Assembly: GCA_964590575.1 (NCBI GenBank) | Contig: CAZPWM010000079.1 | Span: 1 to 14,526 of the forward strand | Source: an uncultured archaeon | GTDB taxonomy: Archaea > Asgardarchaeota > Thorarchaeia > Thorarchaeales > Thorarchaeaceae | Direction of reading: 5' to 3' | Length of the DNA: 14,526 nt | Shown: positions 1-7,578 of the stretch, piece by piece | Position numbering within the stretch: position 1 is the stretch's first letter | How the letters are laid out: each line of letters begins with the position of its first letter | The notes under the pieces: model-generated | What the model was told of the DNA's origin: nothing | Databases searched by the model: none | The model's input: the letters and a program-made list of their open reading frames with translations, nothing else | Position numbers and translations under genes: made by a program

Positions 1-1
1 T

Positions 2-151
2 CACAATGGTAAGGACTTCACCCGCATCAAAATCATCCCGCAGATGATTGGACACCTAACCGGGGAGTTCAGTAATACGGGAAAACCTGTGAAGCATGGA
101 AATCCAGGAATCGGTGCTACAAAGTCTTCTGCGTACGTACCGCTGAAGTAG
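2..151 (+). CDS. rps19p: 30S ribosomal protein uS19 (S19P/S15e family), 3' part; 5' end lies outside the window
   Basis: Frame 2 reads [49 protein letters not shown], containing the uS19 signature HNGK...MIGHxxGEF and the archaeal/eukaryotic tail HGxPGIGATxSSxxVPLK. Not in the ORF track. Confidence 0.97.
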   Translation, partial: HNGKDFTRIKIIPQMIGHLTGEFSNTGKPVKHGNPGIGATKSSAYVPLK

Positions 152-175
152 AGAGATTCTATTGAAGAAAGTAGA

Positions 176-200
176 GATACTGAGATAGAGTTTCAGTATC
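176..200. terminator. Hairpin between convergent rps19 and protease genes, possible terminator
   Basis: GATACTGAGA (176-185) pairs with TTTCAGTATC (191-200): 10 bp with one G-U, 5-nt loop. Confidence 0.5.
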
Positions 201-205
201 ATTAT

Positions 206-3200
206 TCAACTTGATGTCTTGCGTTTTATTAGAACAAGCACTACGACGATGACAACAGCTGACCCAGCTGCAATAACTATGATTATGACAGAAGTCATTG
301 GAGTTTCTGGTGTGTCAATCGGTGGATTAGTGTCTGTACCAGTGCCTGTTGAAGTGTCCGTTGATGTAGTTGATGTCGTTTCAGTTGTACTACTGGATTC
401 TGCATTCACTGTGATAAAAACAGTATCAGTGGCTGAGTTTCCAGCAAGATCCCAGAAGATTACTGTGAAGGTGTATGTACCTTCTGAAAGCCCATCTACT
501 ACATATTCTAATCCATCACTCCAAGAGTCAGTTGATATCAATATTCCATCTCTATACAGCTCATAGTAATTCGGGTTCAAATCAGTGCAATCCCAAACAA
601 TCGAGTGTCCTGTAGTTTCCTGTTCGTATTCAATATCTAGCGGTGCTGAAAGATATGGACCTGTGTTATCAACTGTCAAGGCCATAGTAATTGTATGATT
701 ATTCCCAGCAGAATCTGTAGTTGTCATTTCAAACTCATAATATCCATCGGGAATGGAAGTTGAGTTAGAAAACATCCACTGTACAGTTGTAGAATTAATC
801 ATTGTGCCTGTAATTGGATTTTGGAAATATGAGGATATTGTACCAGACGTAAATGTAAGAGCAATGATATATGAACCACCCAAACTGTTAACATAACCGG
901 TGATTGTGATATTGTTTCCACTCTGATACAAATCTGTTGTTGAAGTTAGAAGTGGTGCAGTATTATCAACAAACGTAGTGTCTGAATCCATCACTAGAAT
1001 CGAGTTGAAAACAGCTCTTGCTGAAACATTGTGGACACCATCTGAGAACTGTGTCGTATCCCAATAGTAACTCCAGGAATCAATTCCAGATGCATATCCT
1101 TGGGATACTTCATCAATGAAAAGCTCAACCTGTGATACAGAATCTATAGTGCCAACCAGCTTTACATTGTCAACATATACCCCCTGATAGGTAACAGACA
1201 TGTCGCAGTGGAAATAGAACCCAATTCGAGTCGCTTCTGATGGAATTAACAGGGAGAGATGCTCCCAGCCAGTAGTGCTATCTAGAGAGTAAGGAGTGAT
1301 CCACGTGGAACCGCTATAATATCCCGGACTGAACCAATCGAATCCAGCCTCAACATCGACCCAATAATCAAAAGACATGGTGGCAGAATCAAAGTCACTC
1401 ACATCAATGTAGCAATATGCATAGGAGTCTGCATCATTCTCATATTCGGAGCCTATGTCCCAGATATCGATATCATCTACTGTCATACTGCCAGTATAAT
1501 CACCTTGGAATATGAAGGCAAAGTAGAGTGTTGAACTTATAGCATCCTCAGGCAACATGACTTCCTGTTCACCGATAAACGAGCATGTTTCACCTACTGG
1601 AGCCCACCATCTCTTAAGGTAAGTAAATGAGCTTCCATCAGTGGAATACAGAACACTGGCAAAGTTACTAGCTTGCGCGTTTTGAACTTCATAATCCATC
1701 CAGAATGTAAGGTAGAGTTCGGTCGCTGATGACGTGTCGATTGGACCCTTATACGCCCACTCTTTCACATCATATAATCCGCCTGTAGAACATGTAATTT
1801 CATATTCTAATGGAACACCAGCGTTTGTCCAAGGATGGCTATTTGTGCCTGCACTGTATAGACTCCATCCTGCAGGCCAGCCCAACCACAGTAACGGATT
1901 GAAGTGTTCAGTGTAGATGGCGGTTGAAGATGGAACTCCTCCGCACCAGAGTGATCTTCCTCCTGAGTAACTGTGATATGAATCTATACCCCATAGCTGA
2001 TCACCATTATCAGGATTGTCATCATATGTGAACCATGAACCTTCAAACGAACCCGGTTCGAATCCTACATCAAGAACAGTGACATCGGATTCACCCTGAG
2101 CTGACCCAGTAATCTCCACAGTCCCACCAACATACGTAGCTAATGAATCAATCTCGATAGATGGGATACTTAGAAATACGCTAATTTCACCCCTAGGTTG
2201 ATTGTCCCATATTGTATGAGGTGTTTGCAATGACGTTGCTTCGACGTCCCATTCAGTGGAGCGAACGCTAAAGCTCTCAAGTACACCTGAGTCTGGCCAT
2301 ACTGAGTCTCCAATCTCGATAATGAACTCGTTCTCTGTGTAGGTACTTAGATAGGGTGAAAAATCACTCAGATCAATCAAGATATGACTGCCTGGAAAAG
2401 GATAATTCTGGTATAATCCAGAGTCATCAGACATGATGAACGAATAGAATGTTTCTGACCATTCAGTCCATCCATTTTGATCGAGGCGAATATTGAATCC
2501 TGAGTTTAGAACATCTCCACGCTTATCATGAGAAATCCTGAAAGAAGCTATAAGATTCGGAGTGTATGGTTGACCAATAACATCGCAATAATAGAAACAG
2601 CGTTGAGATAAAGCAGAATCCTTGATAGCTTCATATGACATCCACCAAAAACCATTATCGCCCCAGCCTGAACCCCAAGAATTGACAAGCAAGAAGGCCC
2701 CCGGTCCATCTGCTGTTGTCTTTTGATCATCATAGCCTACAATACAGACTGCATGACCGCCACCTAATTCACCACTTGCATGGTCCGTAACGTAGATGTT
2801 ATTTACAGTATCAAAACTGTAGAAAGCAGTTCTTGTGAAAATGCCTGTGGTTGCAGTATTTCCAGCAGCAAGATATGATTTCAATACCTCTAAATCATCA
2901 TCATCATATAGATAATCCCAATCCGTGGTTGCGATTTTGTATCTCATTGCTTCATTGTATGCAGTTTCTGATGGCCATGTCGTATAGTCACTTGAGCTAT
3001 ATGGCATTATGGACATTGTAGCACAGCCAAAATCATTGATAAGAGAGGATGCATCCGAAAAATACGAGCCCGAATCATCACCGAAATTAATCTGATTGTA
3101 TACAAAAGCTGGACTAAATTGATGGCTTGGATTGGTTGTGTCCCAGAAGCCATTTGCAGCTGCTACTTGGTGTGTAAGAGAGTAATAAGCCCAAGCCCAT

Positions 3201-3619
3201 CCAACACATGACCCTTGAAACCCTTGGTTTCCTACGGGTGGAAGACCGACAAGGTTTGATGCACTTGGAGGATTTGCAGTGTCAGGAGAGCTGCCAGCTA
3301 CTAGGGAAACCGGACTCGTTTGAGCACCTCGTCTGGAATCTTCAAAATCAGTCATGTCCTCAAAGAGCAGTCCAGTTCTCCTATATTCTGAGGTGAACTC
3401 TGGCTCAGTGTAAGTATATGTTTCCTCAATATTTTCAGGGATAGTTAATGTTTCTTCAGTAACTACTTCTAAATTGGAAGACACTATATCCTCTCCGCTA
3501 CTAGACAGAGATGTTCCTTCCATCTTGAAAGGAGTCGATATTGTAGCACTAATTGAAATCATTGGAACCAACATCAAAAGCATAAATGAAACTACAATCA
3601 ATTTTTGTCTCAAGGTCAA
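206..3619 (-). CDS. Secreted, membrane-anchored papain-like (C1A) cysteine protease with jelly-roll (MAM/cleaved-adhesin-like) and Ig-like domains
   Basis: N-terminal signal peptide; catalytic motifs NQGFQGSCVGW (Gln, Cys), GGHAVCIVGYDD (His), NSWGSGWGDNG (Asn); Ig-like motifs WDTTQFSDGVH and DSAGN/DLAGN; Ser/Thr-rich stalk; C-terminal TM helix plus KRK. TTG start preceded by GGTGGGG. Confidence 0.93.
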   Translation of the reverse strand: MTLRQKLIVVSFMLLMLVPMISISATISTPFKMEGTSLSSSGEDIVSSNLEVVTEETLTIPENIEETYTYTEPEFTSEYRRTGLLFEDMTDFEDSRRGAQTSPVSLVAGSSPDTANPPSASNLVGLPPVGNQGFQGSCVGWAWAYYSLTHQVAAANGFWDTTNPSHQFSPAFVYNQINFGDDSGSYFSDASSLINDFGCATMSIMPYSSSDYTTWPSETAYNEAMRYKIATTDWDYLYDDDDLEVLKSYLAAGNTATTGIFTRTAFYSFDTVNNIYVTDHASGELGGGHAVCIVGYDDQKTTADGPGAFLLVNSWGSGWGDNGFWWMSYEAIKDSALSQRCFYYCDVIGQPYTPNLIASFRISHDKRGDVLNSGFNIRLDQNGWTEWSETFYSFIMSDDSGLYQNYPFPGSHILIDLSDFSPYLSTYTENEFIIEIGDSVWPDSGVLESFSVRSTEWDVEATSLQTPHTIWDNQPRGEISVFLSIPSIEIDSLATYVGGTVEITGSAQGESDVTVLDVGFEPGSFEGSWFTYDDNPDNGDQLWGIDSYHSYSGGRSLWCGGVPSSTAIYTEHFNPLLWLGWPAGWSLYSAGTNSHPWTNAGVPLEYEITCSTGGLYDVKEWAYKGPIDTSSATELYLTFWMDYEVQNAQASNFASVLYSTDGSSFTYLKRWWAPVGETCSFIGEQEVMLPEDAISSTLYFAFIFQGDYTGSMTVDDIDIWDIGSEYENDADSYAYCYIDVSDFDSATMSFDYWVDVEAGFDWFSPGYYSGSTWITPYSLDSTTGWEHLSLLIPSEATRIGFYFHCDMSVTYQGVYVDNVKLVGTIDSVSQVELFIDEVSQGYASGIDSWSYYWDTTQFSDGVHNVSARAVFNSILVMDSDTTFVDNTAPLLTSTTDLYQSGNNITITGYVNSLGGSYIIALTFTSGTISSYFQNPITGTMINSTTVQWMFSNSTSIPDGYYEFEMTTTDSAGNNHTITMALTVDNTGPYLSAPLDIEYEQETTGHSIVWDCTDLNPNYYELYRDGILISTDSWSDGLEYVVDGLSEGTYTFTVIFWDLAGNSATDTVFITVNAESSSTTETTSTTSTDTSTGTGTDTNPPIDTPETPMTSVIIIVIAAGSAVVIVVVLVLIKRKTSS

Positions 3620-3654
3620 ATCAGGTACCCCACCACGATTATGAATCTTAATTC

Positions 3655-3675
3655 ATCATAATATTATATATTCCT
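3655..3675 (-). promoter_or_regulatory. Candidate TATA-box promoter for the protease gene
   Basis: Minus strand GGAATATATAATATTATG about 40-50 nt upstream of the TTG start. Confidence 0.35.
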
Positions 3676-3717
3676 AACTAGTCTATAATCTCCGGTGTTA
3701 TCAAATGAAGTACGATA

Positions 3718-3804
3718 CAATTTTCGACAACCAACAAGCCCGTTAAGCATGGAAACCCTGGAATCGGAGCCACCAAGTCCTTAGCATATGTACCATTGAA
3801 GTAG
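3718..3804 (+). repeat. Second copy of the rps19 3' end (orphan gene fragment)
   Basis: Reads [28 protein letters not shown]. Last 60 nt match 92-151 at 48/60, with only one amino-acid change (S>L). Confidence 0.95.
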
Positions 3805-3848
3805 CAGGGAGAAAGATTACACAATTCCACAATGGTTGACCCATTTTG

Positions 3849-4916
3849 CTAGTTTCGTCTATAGCGTTTCCAAACAAGTACTGTGATCAGAGATGTTATG
3901 ATTAGTGGTATTGCCACGATACTGACAATAACAGCTATATTCGGAGGTTGAGGTTTCTGAGGTTGCGGTGACAGGTCAATGCTTCGTGCGTCACCTGGAA
4001 TCGTATAGGGACCAATTCCTGAATAATCATCGTACCAGTTAGAAATCCAAACGTTATCTACACCATTATCTCGTGCATTACCCCAGCTATTTTTTGAAAG
4101 CATATTGAGTGTTATCGTGTTGTTCCTGGATAGATCTAGAACATCTATTCCAAAGCCATTATTTGTGATTGTATTGTTTTTCACCAAGCAACCAATGCCT
4201 TCAAGGTATATTGCGTCTTCACGGTGTTCGGTAATTGTATTGTTGGCAATGACGCAAAACCATGCAGGACCAGACCCACCCCACGCACCAATCCCAACTC
4301 GACCAGTACATTGACCCTCTACGGAATTATGATTTGCTATCGAGTAGTTACTGTCTTGAAAATATAATCCAGCTCCGCTGTACTCGTGCAATATATTGAA
4401 TGAAACATTACAATGAATTGATTCTACAATAATGATACAGGCATCGTTTCCCTTGATGTCAGACTCATAGACTCCGCACTTTTCACAGTCATACATCCAC
4501 ACACTCCAATATCCTCCATTAATTTCACAATCAATCACATTGCAGTTCGACACATTCAACAAGAAGACTCCAAACGTGCCATGTAAAGAAGTATTATCAG
4601 GAAATGGAGTTAGAACGCACCCTTGAATGTTGACAAATGCAGATGTCCCGGTTATATTGATACATGTACGTGTGTCACTGATAGAGTATGCATCTATGAG
4701 AAAGGGATTATTTTGTGTGCCATTCCCAGGCAGTCCCAACTGTGTGAAATTGTCGATATGATTGATTACGATAGGTGAGTGAGGAGTGATTGCGCTTGTA
4801 ACAATGCCTTGATAGTTCAGAGGATTAGAATATGCAGTTTCTGTTATGATATTTGAAACCATCAAAGAATAACATACAGCAATCACTAATGAGTATAGAA
4901 ACACCCGCCCCTTCAT
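3849..4916 (-). CDS. Membrane-anchored right-handed parallel beta-helix (NosD/CASH-like) surface protein
   Basis: Signal peptide; GNGTQNNPFLI cap motif; repeated xxNNTIxxN/GIxL turns; NxWxxNWYDDY...YxIPG...D end motif; Pro/Gln linker; C-terminal TM plus KRYRR. Confidence 0.88.
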   Translation of the reverse strand: MKGRVFLYSLVIAVCYSLMVSNIITETAYSNPLNYQGIVTSAITPHSPIVINHIDNFTQLGLPGNGTQNNPFLIDAYSISDTRTCINITGTSAFVNIQGCVLTPFPDNTSLHGTFGVFLLNVSNCNVIDCEINGGYWSVWMYDCEKCGVYESDIKGNDACIIIVESIHCNVSFNILHEYSGAGLYFQDSNYSIANHNSVEGQCTGRVGIGAWGGSGPAWFCVIANNTITEHREDAIYLEGIGCLVKNNTITNNGFGIDVLDLSRNNTITLNMLSKNSWGNARDNGVDNVWISNWYDDYSGIGPYTIPGDARSIDLSPQPQKPQPPNIAVIVSIVAIPLIITSLITVLVWKRYRRN

Positions 4917-4944
4917 ATTTCATCAGCTCTACTATACACTCCTG

Positions 4945-4962
4945 TATCTAAATGTTTTCAAT
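4945..4962 (-). promoter_or_regulatory. Candidate BRE/TATA promoter for the beta-helix gene
   Basis: Minus strand GAAAACATTTAGATA (purine-rich stretch followed by TTTAGATA) about 30-45 nt upstream of the ATG. Confidence 0.35.
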
Positions 4963-5001
4963 CTTAGAAGGTCAATATACTCAAACCTAGTAATGGTATG
5001 T

Positions 5002-5088
5002 GAATTCAGCTCACCCATGGGTAAGATTAAACATGGAAACCCCGGAATCGGTGCTACAAAGTCCTCTGCGTATGTACCACTGAAATAG
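5002..5088 (+). repeat. Third copy of the rps19 3' end (orphan gene fragment)
   Basis: Reads [28 protein letters not shown]. Last 60 nt match 92-151 at 53/60, and all 7 differences are synonymous. Confidence 0.96.
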
Positions 5089-5093
5089 TTGGT

Positions 5094-5120
5094 GAAGGGG
5101 TCAAGAGACCTCTTCGTTTT
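5094..5120 (+). terminator. Hairpin plus T-tract directly after the third rps19 3' copy
   Basis: GAAGGGGTC-AAGA-GACCTCTTC (9 bp, one G-U) followed by GTTTT. Confidence 0.65.
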
Positions 5121-5201
5121 CATCCTGGTTCTGGATTAGATTTATCTCCCGTCAAGACATAGTAAGAATTGAGAGTGTGAATGAAAAGGGGTCTAATTTC
5201 C

Positions 5202-5837
5202 ATGGATAAATCTACGAGAAAAAGTGTATTCATACTCTATATCATTCTCTTTCTCATATCCACCACCACCGTATCGATGATTCAAATCGGCATGAATGTG
5301 TCTACTGAATACAATCTCAAAATTGATTATGAGAAACACAGGTGCACAATGAATAGCTTTCCTTGGGATCATAGCTATACCAGAGTTGTTGTCGATATGC
5401 CTGTCATGGTTAGCAACCGGGAAACAGTGTGCGATTTCCGCATTGGTAACTTTCCTTTTTGGGTTGACACATCTGGCTGGAGCAATGGTGCTCTTGTTAC
5501 TATTTCTGGATCTACTTATACCATCTCTTCAGAAGGTGTTTGTTGGAAAGCATATCGAGAAATTGATGATTCATTTTATGATACTGTTTACTACCATAAA
5601 GACACAGGGATATTCTACGAGAGTTATACTAATCGAGCTTACATGGATACTTTTAGTTTTAAAGGTTACACTGAAGATACAAAGATACTGAGTAGTAACA
5701 TCGACGGATTTGCGGCAAGAGTGACAGGAAGTAATGTAGTAGCGAACATTGTCCTGCTTAGTGCAATATTCACTGAGGTTTTGATAGTTCAAAGGCTATA
5801 CTCACGAAAAAAGAAGGCGAAGACTTCAATGTCATAA
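5202..5837 (+). CDS. Hypothetical membrane-anchored protein with N- and C-terminal hydrophobic helices
   Basis: Long ORF (track start 5181). ATG at 5202 follows an AGGGGT RBS-like motif. N-terminal TM/signal; C-terminal TM plus RKKK. Confidence 0.8.
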   Translation: MDKSTRKSVFILYIILFLISTTTVSMIQIGMNVSTEYNLKIDYEKHRCTMNSFPWDHSYTRVVVDMPVMVSNRETVCDFRIGNFPFWVDTSGWSNGALVTISGSTYTISSEGVCWKAYREIDDSFYDTVYYHKDTGIFYESYTNRAYMDTFSFKGYTEDTKILSSNIDGFAARVTGSNVVANIVLLSAIFTEVLIVQRLYSRKKKAKTSMS

Positions 5838-5859
5838 AAAACCCTTGAAATGAAAAGGT

Positions 5860-5941
5860 GGCAAACACACGGGAAATCGTGGTAGGAGGGGGAGTTTTCG
5901 TATGAGGGCATTGCTACGAAAAACAAGCCCGTGTGTTCGCC
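5860..5941 (-). other. Nested stem-loop in the convergent intergenic region (3' UTR structure, terminator or small RNA)
   Basis: 14-bp outer stem 5860-5873/5928-5941 (one G-U on the minus strand); perfect 8-bp inner stem 5895-5902/5915-5922. Confidence 0.6.
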
Positions 5942-5946
5942 TTTGC

Positions 5947-6336
5947 TTATTGCCAGTCTTCAAGGACAACATATCCATGAACATAATTCATCTCATTGAA
6001 CCGGTCATATACTTCTGCTGATGCCTTCTCAAGATCGTTTATCCTGAGGGAGTCACCAACTCCGTCTAGCAGCATTCTCCTGAATCTTGAATTCAGGTAT
6101 TCATCCAGCTCTCGAACTGCTCTGAATGTTACTTTCAGACTTACTTTATCCTCACTGTGTTGGTACACCTCTACTCTTGCGTTACTGTGTGATGGTCCTT
6201 TGCGTAGCTCTTCCACGATTGCTAGAGCATTCCTGATGTCCTCCCAGACTGTCAGGGTCTTGCTAAGAAAATTCAGGCCCTCAGTGTCGGGTGGTGTTGG
6301 CGTGGCGATATCCCTACACATTTTCCTATAATACAA
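5947..6336 (-). CDS. Hypothetical protein; start uncertain (TTG 6336 or ATG 6321)
   Basis: 129-aa ORF with globular-protein composition, co-oriented downstream of the LRR gene. No family recognised. Confidence 0.75.
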   Translation of the reverse strand: MYYRKMCRDIATPTPPDTEGLNFLSKTLTVWEDIRNALAIVEELRKGPSHSNARVEVYQHSEDKVSLKVTFRAVRELDEYLNSRFRRMLLDGVGDSLRINDLEKASAEVYDRFNEMNYVHGYVVLEDWQ

Positions 6337-6346
6337 TACGTGTGGA

Positions 6347-6368
6347 ACGAGATAACGATGTATCTCGT
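6347..6368. promoter_or_regulatory. Inverted repeat between the LRR gene and the downstream hypothetical
   Basis: ACGAGATA-N6-TATCTCGT, perfect 8-bp arms. Confidence 0.35.
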
Positions 6369-6396
6369 AATCTCCGAGCTAAGCCGGACAGAGACC

Positions 6397-7044
6397 TCAG
6401 TGCCATTTGATTGCATCGAGAAGGGGCTTTAGACCAATTGGCACCTTGGTTTGCGTCTTCAATTTTGAAGAAGCTGTGAGTGTCACATCCGAATCGATAC
6501 CAAACTTGACGAGATTTGGATTTAGAAAGAGTGGCGAAATATCTATAGTTTCCAGTTGATTCTTCTCTAGTGTCAGATTTCTAAGCTTCTTACACTTGCT
6601 CATGACAGAGAGATCTATACTCTTGAGTTTGTTTTCGTAGAGATGGAGCGTCTTTAGATCTTTGCAATGTACTAGTGGTGTGAGATTAATCGTCTTAATC
6701 CTATTGAATGACAAGCCCAGATGCATCAGACTTGTACACCCCTCTAAGGGTGTGAGGTCAATCTGTTCAATCTCATTACTACCTAGTGAGAGCTCTAGAA
6801 GCGAACCGCACTCTCGAAGTGGAGCGAGGTCAATACTCTGAATCTCGTTCCCGGATAGAGTCAGCGCTTCAATATTGGAGAATTGTCTGAGAATTGATAG
6901 ATCGGTGGTACCAATTCGTCTGTCACTGAGATCAATGCTTGTCGCATTAGGAGGGAATCGCTCAACCACTTTGCCACCTTTCTTAGTCTCGCTCCAGATG
7001 GTAATATCTTCCATTTCTGATTCATCCAAGGTCTTCACATACAT
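6397..7044 (-). CDS. Leucine-rich repeat protein, about six 24-aa repeats
   Basis: Repeating LxPLxxCxxLxxLxLxxNxIxxID unit with a 24-residue period; no signal peptide. Confidence 0.92.
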   Translation of the reverse strand: MYVKTLDESEMEDITIWSETKKGGKVVERFPPNATSIDLSDRRIGTTDLSILRQFSNIEALTLSGNEIQSIDLAPLRECGSLLELSLGSNEIEQIDLTPLEGCTSLMHLGLSFNRIKTINLTPLVHCKDLKTLHLYENKLKSIDLSVMSKCKKLRNLTLEKNQLETIDISPLFLNPNLVKFGIDSDVTLTASSKLKTQTKVPIGLKPLLDAIKWH

Positions 7045-7180
7045 TCCTCACTTATAATCTGGTACGGGTAGTAATTCCGACTTCTGGTTAATGATGTAAG
7101 TTCTAAAGCACCTATCTTTTTTAGATGGAGTTATTTACTCGGACTTGTTTTGTAAAGATACGACTTCTGGAGTTGATCTA

Positions 7181-7510
7181 GTGAGTCTAAAGGGTCCATT
7201 ACGTGACAAGAAGGCCTACATCAAGACAGTCTTAGAGCCTCTAGATGTCCGAATCCAGAGTATGAGGAACCGGACTGTTGGTGATGCAATTTCATACTAT
7301 GAGATCATTTGGGACACTCCATCCGTTGAACCTCGGACAGGTGAGATCGAGGTCACACTAATGTCACGGTTTGATGAGTTATTGTTCAGGGTAGTACCAG
7401 AAAGTCTGACGAGTCAACGGGTCGTACGCAGAGTAACGAGTAGAAGCACCAGAGTCCTATTCAGACACACTGCGAATTTAGAGGTCTCTATTGATACATC
7501 AGCAGTCTGA
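7181..7510 (+). CDS. Hypothetical protein
   Basis: Track ORF starts at 7145; in-frame GTG at 7181 follows a GGAGTTGA RBS-like motif. No family recognised. Confidence 0.7.
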   Translation: MSLKGPLRDKKAYIKTVLEPLDVRIQSMRNRTVGDAISYYEIIWDTPSVEPRTGEIEVTLMSRFDELLFRVVPESLTSQRVVRRVTSRSTRVLFRHTANLEVSIDTSAV

Positions 7511-7578
7511 CTTGGAAATCATCAATCTTTATCTTCATTCGTGCTCAGTTCGACACAGGATAAGTTTCGTGGTGGTTA

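Larger units (their letters stand above)
152..3804. mobile_element. Putative gene cassette A (3653 bp) inserted at the rps19 3' end
   Basis: Bounded by direct repeats of the rps19 3' end (65-151 and 3718-3804), one cargo gene, no recombinase. Mobility is inferred. Confidence 0.6.
3805..5088. mobile_element. Putative gene cassette B (1284 bp) inserted at the rps19 3' end
   Basis: Bounded by rps19 3' repeats 3718-3804 and 5002-5088, one cargo gene, no recombinase. Mobility is inferred. Confidence 0.6.

Noticed and set aside
65-5088. Repeats as a CRISPR array, or the region as a provirus or transposon
   Set aside because: Repeats are protein-coding fragments kilobases apart; no cas, capsid, integrase or transposase gene is present.
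4932-5123. 63-aa minus-strand ORF
   Set aside because: It is the antisense reading of the third rps19 fragment and its hairpin, with no independent protein features.
5860-5941. SECIS element
   Set aside because: No tandem G-A core with an apical A-rich loop in the right geometry, and neither flanking gene has an in-frame TGA.
5089-5946. Gene 5202-5837 as a third cassette
   Set aside because: Opposite orientation to the other cargo genes, and I found no further rps19 fragment downstream of it.
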